A stretch of 64,000 nt of DNA from Azolla caroliniana (taxonomy: Eukaryota; Plantae; Polypodiophyta). The stretch lies in contig JBHGNT010000015.1 of NCBI GenBank assembly GCA_043228905.1, positions 18,290,001 through 18,354,000 on the forward strand, read 5' to 3'. Of this stretch, positions 1-9,349 are shown piece by piece (within the stretch, counting starts at the first letter, position 1; every line of letters begins with the position of its first letter). Under the pieces are notes generated by a model. The model was not told where the DNA came from. It saw nothing but the letters and a program-made list of their open reading frames with translations, and did no database searches. The position numbers and the translations under genes are program-made.

Positions 1-11
1 AGGAGCTGAAC

Positions 12-2774
12 GTGGCAGCCGACACTGCCGGTGAGCTGTGGCACAAGAGACTGTGCCACATGAGTGAGAAGGGGATGAAGAGGCTTGCCGAAGACAACCT
101 TATTCCAGTGAAGCATGTGCACCTGGAGAAGTGCACCGACTGCCTGGCCGGTAAGCAAAACCGGACCTCCTTCCACTCAAGGCCACCGACGAGACGTAGC
201 GCACCATTGGAGCTGGTGCACACCGATGTGTGTCAGGTAGAAACGAAGTCACATGGCGGAGCCCAGTACTTCGTAACATTCATTGATGATCACAGCCAGA
301 AGCTGTGGACGGCACCGTTGAAGACAAAGGACCAAGTATTGTCCGTCTTCAAAGAACTCCACGCGAGAGTGGAAAGGGAATCCGGCAAGAAGCTGAAAGC
401 AATACGAGCGGATAACGGAGGGGAATACCGGGGGCAGTTCCAGGAGTACTGTCGCTCGAAGGGGATCCGGCTCGAGTTTACTGTGCCGAAGACGCCGGAA
501 CTGAACGGGCTGGCCGAGAGGATGAACCGGACCATAATGGAGAGGGTCCGGAGTATGCTGGCGCATGCGAAATTACCCAAGGGGTTTTGGGCTGAGGCGA
601 TGTCGACGGCGACATACGTGATAAACAGATCACCCTCAGTACCTTTGGACGGAGACACGCCGCAGAGAGTGTGGACCGGTAGGGAAGTATCCTACCGGCA
701 TCTGAAGGTGTTCGGGTGTCTCGCATACGTGCATGTGGCAAAGGACCGGAGAGGAAAGCTAGATCCAAAGACCCGGCCATGCATATTCCTCGGTTACGGT
801 GACGACGAGTTCGGCTACCGAGTATGGGACCCGGTCGACAAGAAGATATTCAGGAGTCGAGACATCATCTTCATGGAGGACAAGACACTCGCCGACTGGG
901 AGTCGGAGAAGAAGATGAAGAGCTCCAAGTCGACCGGTGAGGATAAACTCTACGAGGAGCAGTCCCGACCGGCAAGGGACCGGTTAACACTCGAGGATCC
1001 GGCCGAAGACGGTGAAGAAACAGAACCGGCCGAAGAAGATGAAACTGATACCGGAACCGGCCCCGATCCCGAAATGGATTCGGATGAAGAGGAAACGGAG
1101 GAGCCGGTTACCGAAGCTCCGGAACGGAGATATCCTCTAAGAGAGAGAAGGGCCCCCCGGAGATTTCCGGAACCAGAGCACGTGCTGCTAACAGACGAGG
1201 GGGAGCCGGAAAGTTTTGAAGAAGCAAAACAAGACACCCAGAGCCGCAGGTGGTTGAGTGCCATGCAGGACGAGATGGATTCCCTGCATGAGAATCACAC
1301 ATATGAACTTGTGGAGTTGCCGAAAGGAAAGCGGGCACTTCGAAACAAGTGGGTGTTCAAGCTGAAACCGGGAGATGCCGGAAACCCCCCGAGATACAAA
1401 GCCAGGATCGTGGTGAAGGGGTTTCAGCAAAAGAAGGGCGTCGACTTCGACGAGATATTTGCCCCGGTAGTAAAGATGACCTCCATCCGGACGGTGCTGA
1501 GCATAGCGGCAAGCATGGACCTCGAGGTAGAACAGATGGACGTGAAGACGGCATTCCTTCACGGCGACCTCGATGAAGAGATCTACATGCAGCAACCGGA
1601 AGGATTCGAGAAGAAAGGGAAGGAGCACCTGGTATGCCGGTTGAAGAAGAGCCTTTACGGACTGAAGCAGGCTCCCCGGCAATGGTACCGGAAGTTCGAC
1701 TCCTTCATGACCGACGAAGGGTACCACAAAACGCAGTCTGACCACTGCGTGTTTGTGAAGAAGTTCGAAGGAGGAGACTCTCTAATACTCCTCTTGTACG
1801 TGGACGACATGTTGATCGTCGGACGGGACCAGGTCAAGATACGGATGCTGAAGAAGGCTCTTCACCGAACCTTCTCAATGAAGGACTTGGGTCCGGCGAG
1901 ACAAATACTAGGGATGCACATCATCCGCGACCGGAGCAAGAAGCAGTTGTGGCTGTCACAGGAGAAGTACGTGACAAAGGTGCTTCAACGGTTCAACATG
2001 TCGGAAGCAAGACCGGTCGGATCAACCCTCCCGGCAAACTGCAAGCTGTCCAGCAAGCAAAGCCCCAGGACAAAGGCTGAGAAAGAGGACATGATGAAAG
2101 TACCATATGCCTCTGCTGTCGGAAGCTTGATGTACGCAATGGTGTGTACAAGACCAGACATTGGATACGCAGTCGGAGTGGTGAGCCGGTACATGAGCAA
2201 TCCCGGCAAAGAGCATTGGAATGCGGTCAAGTGGATACTCCGATACCTGAAGGGCACGGCAAACGTGTGCCTCCGATTCGGCTCCGGTAAGCCTGAACTC
2301 GACGGCTTCACCGATTCGGATATGTCGGCTGATGCAGATACCAGCCGGTCCACATCAGGGTATGTGATGACCTATGCAGGGGGAGCCGTTTCGTGGCAGT
2401 CGAGGCTACAGAAGACGGTTGCGTTGTCAACCACGGAGGCGGAGTACATGGCGGCTGTTGAAGCCGGCAAGGAAATAATATGGATGAAGGACTTCATTAG
2501 AGAGCTCGGTATCCGGCAGGAGGAGTACCGACTCTACTGCGACAGTCAGAGTGCCATCCACCTTGCGAAGAACGCGGCCTACCATTCCCGGACGAAACAC
2601 ATCCAGCGAAGATATCACTGGATCCGGGAAAGGATAGAAGACAAGGAGTTCGAGCTGACGAAGGTCCACACGGACGAGAACGGGTCAGATATGCTGACCA
2701 AGGTGCTCACACCCGACAAGCTGGAAGCGTGCCGGAAGAGGGTCGGATTGGAGAGACATCCCATGCCGAAGTGA
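12..2774 (+). CDS. Copia pol polyprotein, N-terminally incomplete: GAG-pre-integrase, integrase, RT, RNase H
   Basis: Motifs in copia order INT-RT-RH: LWHKRLCH..C..C, LVHTDVC/IRADNGGE/NGLAER (DDE), QMDVKTAFLHG, LLYVDDM, GFTDSD, STTEAEY, RTKHI. Confidence 0.95.
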   Translation: MAADTAGELWHKRLCHMSEKGMKRLAEDNLIPVKHVHLEKCTDCLAGKQNRTSFHSRPPTRRSAPLELVHTDVCQVETKSHGGAQYFVTFIDDHSQKLWTAPLKTKDQVLSVFKELHARVERESGKKLKAIRADNGGEYRGQFQEYCRSKGIRLEFTVPKTPELNGLAERMNRTIMERVRSMLAHAKLPKGFWAEAMSTATYVINRSPSVPLDGDTPQRVWTGREVSYRHLKVFGCLAYVHVAKDRRGKLDPKTRPCIFLGYGDDEFGYRVWDPVDKKIFRSRDIIFMEDKTLADWESEKKMKSSKSTGEDKLYEEQSRPARDRLTLEDPAEDGEETEPAEEDETDTGTGPDPEMDSDEEETEEPVTEAPERRYPLRERRAPRRFPEPEHVLLTDEGEPESFEEAKQDTQSRRWLSAMQDEMDSLHENHTYELVELPKGKRALRNKWVFKLKPGDAGNPPRYKARIVVKGFQQKKGVDFDEIFAPVVKMTSIRTVLSIAASMDLEVEQMDVKTAFLHGDLDEEIYMQQPEGFEKKGKEHLVCRLKKSLYGLKQAPRQWYRKFDSFMTDEGYHKTQSDHCVFVKKFEGGDSLILLLYVDDMLIVGRDQVKIRMLKKALHRTFSMKDLGPARQILGMHIIRDRSKKQLWLSQEKYVTKVLQRFNMSEARPVGSTLPANCKLSSKQSPRTKAEKEDMMKVPYASAVGSLMYAMVCTRPDIGYAVGVVSRYMSNPGKEHWNAVKWILRYLKGTANVCLRFGSGKPELDGFTDSDMSADADTSRSTSGYVMTYAGGAVSWQSRLQKTVALSTTEAEYMAAVEAGKEIIWMKDFIRELGIRQEEYRLYCDSQSAIHLAKNAAYHSRTKHIQRRYHWIRERIEDKEFELTKVHTDENGSDMLTKVLTPDKLEACRKRVGLERHPMPK

Positions 2775-2784
2775 AGGGGGAGTT

Positions 2785-3484
2785 TGTTGGGATTTCGGTC
2801 CCTCCGGATGGGATGTCCGGAGATGAATGACGGCAAGCCCGGTTGCGGTTACGGTGCCGGATGATGAAGACCCCGGCTACGGAGCCGGATGATGAAGACC
2901 CCGGCTACGGTGCCGGATGATGAAGACCCCGGCTACGGAGCCGGATGATGAAGACCCCGGCTACGGAGCCGGATGATGAATACCCCGGCTACGGAGCCGG
3001 ATGCTGAAGACCCCGGTTACGGAGCCGGATGACGAATGTACCCGGAGGGAGATCCGGATGCGGGGACATATTTGTGAATATGTTTGCCAAGAGCCCTTGA
3101 GGCTATATTTGTAAATAGCCCGAAAGTCATATGTGTATAAATATGACTTAGGGCAAACAGTTTTATGTTGTTGCTCATTTTTCATGAGAAGTGAGAGCAG
3201 CTGAGAGAGAGAGTGAGAGACGAAGAGGTCGTTGCCTCTGTGTATTACCGCCGCCTGTGGCGAAGACAGTGTGCTCAAGGTTGTTGCCTTGTAGCTTCAC
3301 CAGTGTACATCCCTGTTCATAGTGATAGTTGGAGTTTGAGGACTCCCGTGGTTTTTCCCATTTAGGGCTTTCCACGTAAAACATCCAGTGTACCTTTCTC
3401 TCTATTGTTTTGTGCATTTTCTATTTCCTGTTTTCTGTGAGTTGATCCCATTCCTCGGTTGTGGCCGAGCACTGTTTTTCAACA
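2785..3484 (+). repeat. 3' LTR (700 bp) of the partial copia
   Basis: TG...CA ends, follows the PPT, TATA-like GTATAAATA near 3136, and is homologous to the solo LTRs at 7166-7680 and 17490-18097. Confidence 0.9.
2857..3035 (+). repeat. 28-bp tandem repeat, 6 full copies plus a partial, in LTR U3
   Basis: Unit CCGGATGATGAAGACCCCGGCTACGG(A/T)G starts at 2857, 2885, 2913, 2941, 2969, 2997, with a partial at 3025. Confidence 0.95.
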
Positions 3485-6449
3485 GGAAATTGATACACTT
3501 GTGTTGCCATTTCCCTTTCGAATGCCGCTCGTGCTCTGCTGAGTTCCAATATGGACTCTGGGTTTGGTTTGTAAGGCTCGTCATGGAGAATAGTGGTCGT
3601 GGCATATTCTGCCGCAGTTGCGATGACGTCTATTTCAAACAGCGGAATAATCTGAGGGTGCTCGTCGAGGTATGCCTCTAATTCTGCATCCTCCAACCTA
3701 GCCAGCATATTTATATCTTCTGCATATAATGGTGTTATACCCTTGGGTTGTGGCGTGCTTCCTTCCATAGGTACGCGAACCTTGGTGCGTCCGTGTCGGA
3801 AACTGATACACTTGTGTTGCCAGCTCTGCTTGATATTTGCTGCCCGAAGCCATGGTCTGCCCAGAAGCACTGGGTACGCCCCTGGGGCGTCCAAGGCGAG
3901 GACGACCGCCGAGATGTCGAATCGGTGTCCGCCCACGATAATGCCTATTTTGCGAATTAACCCCAATGGTCGTACTGAGTGGGTATCTGCCATTCGGAGC
4001 CAGAATGGGCAAGCCTCCCATTCTGAAATGCCTAACTACTCACAAGTTTTCGCGCTAATTACATTGACGCCTGAGCCGCCGTCGATTACGCATCCAGGAA
4101 TTTCCTGTCCGTGTATTATTAACGTAATAGCCGGGTTGTGTTGATCCACTACCGGCGGTCCATCGCTAACGTTTGTAAGGGTTGTAGCGATACTCACCCG
4201 TTCTTCCATGGTCTGGCGGAAGCGTGGGAGTAGTTGCAACAGTTTCTCCATGGTTAACGTGATCTCATAGCCCGTTAACGCCTGCAAAATGAGGTCTAGG
4301 ACCGGTCTTTCATCCTCTACTCGCTCCATTGTGTTCGGGGACTACTTCCGCATGCATTCCGTATTTGTCGCGTTTGCTTTTTCCACCCACGCTTGGGCTT
4401 GTCGGCGTACCTCGTCTTGCGCAGCCCAATCAGCTATTTTTGTTTGTTGGCGTGTCGTGACTTGTTGCACTTCCGCCGTAATCATATTGACAGCGGGCCC
4501 CTTTCCCTTGCGTGCTGGGCATTGCGTGGCATAATGTTCGGGTTGCTGACAAATAAAACAATGGATGCTTGATTCACCCTTCTCGGCTCCTGGTGGTGTG
4601 TGCCGCTCCCCTGGTGCTACTTGCTCCTTGCGGTCCGGCCTCATTTGTCGGAACGTACGCGGTGGCTGTTGTTTGTCCCGTCGTTGTTCCTGGTGCCGCT
4701 CATCTCCCGAGCTTTTGTCGTAACGTCTGTGTTCTCGATATTGTCATGGCTTACCATGATAACCATTGAAGTCGCCCCGTTTGTTTGTCGGCCGGTGGTT
4801 CTCGTAGCGCCGACCCCCTTTGGCATAACTCGAATGTCCACGATAATCCTCGTCCTCTGGTTCGTCCTCCTAGAATCGTTGTGATTTCGGCGATTCCGGT
4901 GGTGCCGGTCATCTCGTGGGTTGCGATCCCTATACCGTGGTCGGTCTTCTTGCCTCCTTTGTTCAGTCCGGTGTGGTGGTCGCTGCGTGTCCATGTTGCA
5001 GACTGCGGGATTGGCTTTGTTCAACATATTGTATTCGCATTGGTCAACTGTGTGAGCCTTCGAGTGGCAGATTGGGCAGTGGATTCGCATATTTGCACTC
5101 CACTGCGGAATGCCTCGAGTTCAAGAAAATCGTGCACTAGACTGCTTGACGAAACTGGCGTTCCTCGTCCTGAGGTAACGCTTGTCGTAAGGAGGACATA
5201 GAAAACCTTTCCTCCTCGTCATCCAACTCGAGTTGTAACGCTCGTTCAATTACCATATCCGCCGTCTCCCCTTTCACGCTATTGTTGTTGAGCGTTGCCC
5301 AGACGGACCGGCGTAAAGCTTCTAGAAATGTTTCCCGAGCCTCGTCCTCCGCGGGGCTCAATTCCAGTTTCCGTCGTAAATTTTGGAAATGTAAGCTGAA
5401 GTCTGCTATCGTCTCGTTCGGCAGTTGCTTAATCGTGTAAAACTGTCCGAGGATTTTGCGTTGTGGAACCCTCCGATGGAAGAACCACAAGAAAGCAGAC
5501 TGCAGTTGATCGAAGGTTGTTATTGCTGGTAAATCCATCTGTGAATGCCAAAATGCCGCTCGCCCATCCAATGTTAACCCGAACTCCGTCATTTTCGACT
5601 GGTGTGCTACCACCTCCGAAAGGCTCTGCACCATGTGGTTCGCATTCCAGACATTCAGGAACATGCGAATATGAGTTGCGGCATCAGTTTCGCCGTTAAA
5701 GCAGGGGTAGGCAAAGGCCATGGTGGGGGCTACAGCAGGTCGGGAAAGACCACAGGGTGGCTGTGGTGAGTGTAGTCCCCGCGTCTCGTCGGGGTATTTG
5801 GAGAGCGAAGAATCACCTTTGTACTCACGGCAAGTAGTACTGAGGTTGCTGAGGCGAGGCTTTTGCCGTGCGCGTTCTTCTGCCTGGCGTGTGACGGACC
5901 TTGTTATTGGCCGGTCTTGTCGTGTTGGTTCTCTGGGGCGTCTGCGGCTAAACATCCATTCGTCGTTGCTCGTCCGTGAGAAGACACAAATCACCAAGCG
6001 TGCCAAAAGTGTTGCTGATTAGGAACACAGTCCGCGGTCAATCCTTCGACCTAGACCTCCAAGTGGGTGTGGAACAACGAATAGGCGTCTAAGCGTAATG
6101 CGTAGGGGAATGTTCACTGTAACCTATCAGCGTATAAGGGAGATGGCTACAACCAAATCCTTAGCAAGGGTTACACTTACATTCTTACACGCTCAGGTCT
6201 TCAAGACACACACAGTGGATTAGCCGTAGCTATACACAGAGAATCAGAGAAGATAGAATTCTATTATGAGACGTTTCTTTACATTCCCAAAATTACACGC
6301 TCCCTCTATCAGAGTTTTTCTGCCCTTTATATACGCAGGGTCTATTTAGCCGTTCACGCTTCCTGCGCGAACTGTTACATGCGTTATGATCTTATATTAT
6401 TTCTTATTCCTACGCTCTTGTGCGTCGGTTACTATTCCGGCGAACAACA
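3485..6449 (-). mobile_element. Decayed Ty3/gypsy-type element (family A): 5' LTR, PBS, gag, protease
   Basis: LTR 6010-6449 (TGTTGTT...CAACA on minus). PBS TGGCACGCTTGGTGA fits the tRNA-Arg 3' end. Gag-like ORF 5137-6006, two CCHC knuckles (CPICHSKAHTVDQC, CFICQQPEHYATQC), protease CVIDGGSGVNVI...VLLGRPW. Frameshifts and stops are present. Confidence 0.85.
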
Positions 6450-7165
6450 ACATCCAACCCCATTTCCGCAATGATCTCATACATCTCGACCAATTCCAGC
6501 AGAACTACCTGAACTCCTTGGCTATTCTCTTCCGCAAGCTCTTGAAGTTGTTGTAGCATGCTTCCATAGAATACTTCTTCGACTACTCCCATGATTTCTT
6601 TGTCTTCTTTTATGATTGATGCAGAACCGTAGCTCATCCTACATCTTCTGGAATTCTTTCCTCATTAATTTGGTCACGGCCATGTACGTAGATGCCCCAT
6701 TCGGACTGATTCGTACTTGTTTCACTCCGAGAGCTTTCTACCTATGTGGGGTATCAGGGCTTCTTGGACTATCACTTCCCCACTCCGCAATAGTCCACTT
6801 TAAAAATCCATTATTGTTTGGGACAAGAGCTCTCTCTTGTTCCTTTTGTGATTTGATGGCATAGTTAGGAATTGAACAGTTTTGCCTCCACTTTGGCTCC
6901 AAATCCGTGCCCGAATCTTCCATCCATGACTGGTGTTTATAGGCCACTTCCCCTTCCGGTAGAACTCCTTGGACATGAGATTGATTTCCGATCCATGATT
7001 AATCAATGCAACTACGGGAGCTTTGATGTTTCCAATTCGACTAGAGTCTCCTTAGTTGCTCGTGCCCAGTGTGGCTTTGTGTAGTGAGAGTTTGGAATCT
7101 CATCCTCCACTTTTGTGTCGTTCATTAGAACGGTGTCATGAAGATTTCCGGCTATAGTGAGAAAA

Positions 7166-7680
7166 TGACACGAAATATGCGGAATATTACTTGGCCACAA
7201 CCGAGTCTTAGATCGTGTCGTTTCGAATTGAACACCGAGAATGGGAATGGAGGTGAATACACGTACACACGGACAATATGAGAGAGGGTACACAGTATGT
7301 TTACGTGGAAAACCCTAAATGGGAAAAAACCACGGGAGTCCACAAACTCTAGCTATCACTATGTCAAGAGGAATACAACAGGTGAACACAAAGGCAACAA
7401 CCTCTTGCTCACAATCTTTGCCTGGCGGCGGTTACAACAGAAACTCGCTTTGTACAGCAGTTACACTCGATAACTCTATACAACAAATAATGACCACAAT
7501 TATAGTGTTTGCCCTAGGTCATATTTATACTAATATGACATTGGGACTATTTACAAATATAGCCCCAATGGGCTCTCAGAAACATATTTACCTATATGTC
7601 CCTTCATCCGGTGAGAGGTTCTCACTAGGTCTTCCTTGCTGGGTAATCATATCCCATCCAGAGGGACCGAAATCCTAACA
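7166..7680 (-). mobile_element. Solo LTR (515 bp) related to the LTR at 2785-3484
   Basis: TG...CA ends, 5-bp TSD GAAAA (7161-7165 and 7681-7685). The empty site is seen in the partner LTR near 14960. Confidence 0.92.
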
Positions 7681-9122
7681 GAAAACTGGATGGAATGCGC
7701 AAAGTCGTCAATGTGCAACATGTGCACCTGTACACTAGGAAATGTATGTAAAATAATAGGGGGGATATATATCCCACATTGTAACGTCCTTCCCTCCTTG
7801 TGCTATAAAAAGAAGGGAGGGTCTCTTGTGAAAGGGTTGCCCATTTTGAGTCAGGAGGGTATACCGTTGTGTCTCTTCTTCTTACTTTCTTACTTTCTTA
7901 CTTTCTTTTAGGGTTTCTGTTAGGTCTTCTTCTTCGTCATCGTGCGGGTGGAGTCTTTGTGTCTGTTAAGGGTTTAGTCCGGTTGAGAGCTCATATGTCC
8001 TAGGGGGTTTCACTTCCGCTCTGTCTCCGGTGCAAGACCCCACTCGGCGCGACGAGCCCTAGAGCTCCCCGATCGGCGGCTTGGCAGTAGACTGCTACTA
8101 TAACCTAATCTACCTTTGACCAGCTCGAAGCCGGAGTTGTATATATATATAAGTGAAGTTTTGTGCATATGTGTCTGTGTCGGTGTCTTTGGAGATCTTT
8201 CTTTCCGGTTTCTGTAGATAGGACGTGTGTGTCTAGTTGGTGTTGCGTGTGTGTCCTATTTCCTCTCTCATTCGGTTGGTTCCGGTACATATCCGGAAAC
8301 GCTTTGGTCGGTGTTCTGGCCAGTCGCCGGAAATGGTGAAGCTCAACCTTCTATACTCCGTCTCTCTCAGGTCCAAGACCCCGGTGGTCTCACCTCAGAT
8401 CTAATACATACCCGCGGATTTCCGCAACATCTTTGGTGAACCCAACGTGAAAGGGCGCCAAGGGAGGATGGAGTTAGAAGACGATGACTTCGCAAAGATG
8501 GTGGCCGAAGTGGTGATGGACTTTGGACGAGTGACGATGAGACGAGAGGAAGCGCAACAAGCGGTCAACTGTGTGGTCGAAAGAGTCGGGCATTTCAACA
8601 GGGACAAAGTCCCATTCTACTTGGAAGTTTACAACGTGGAAATCGAGGCGTTGAGACTGGAGTTCTTCTGTCGGGTCGCAACGAACCAGATGCACGTGGA
8701 AGTAAAGGAGCTCCGAGAAGCTCATAGTTCATGGGAGGCCTTCGAAGAGGCGCTCCTACAGGAATATGAGGAGCCAACATGAGACTGGAGAGATGGAGGA
8801 TGGTTGCGGGAGAACGAGATTCGGCAATACGGAGAAGTGTGGACGGAGTGGTCCCTCCACACCGGATCTGGAGACTTTGGCAGTCAAGCCAATGTGCCAA
8901 CATGAGACCGGAGAGATGGAAGGTGGTGGCGAGAGTACGTGGCCCGAGGCCAAAGTGTGTGAACAAAAGGATGAGGCCGGCGAGGTGGCCAAAAACGAGA
9001 CCACGGTGGGTGCGGAAGACGAAATCGGTCAAGATTGATCCGAGCAAACGATGAGTCAGCCCAACCGGAGGTGGATGTGGCAAGGGCTAGAGAGCCCAGA
9101 CAAAGATCAATACGGAGAAGAG

Positions 9123-9290
9123 TGTCGAATACCTGTGTATAATGGACGTATTCACACCATCCCGTTTTGGCCATTTATGTAATTAGCATAAAGGGTAGTT
9201 GCCCTAAGTCGGTCACTATATATAGTGACCTTGTAACCTCTTTGTGAGGTTGGTTGTTGTATTGTTGCTTTATGAAATAAGAAACTCTTT

Positions 9291-9349
<59 letters not shown>

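Larger units (their letters stand above)
1..3484 (+). mobile_element. Ty1/copia LTR retrotransposon (Tnt1/Tork-like), 3' part; 5' end lies outside the window
   Basis: Uninterrupted pol ORF, then a PPT (GAAGGGGGAG, 2773-2782), then a 3' LTR TGTTGGG...TTCAACA (2785-3484). Confidence 0.95.

Noticed and set aside
249-2836. Many antisense and off-frame ORFs over copia pol (likewise over the other pol genes)
   Set aside because: They are shadow ORFs of GC-rich coding sequence with no independent motifs.
2857-3035. 28-bp repeats as a CRISPR array
   Set aside because: The units are contiguous with no spacers, lie inside a plant LTR, and have no cas genes nearby.
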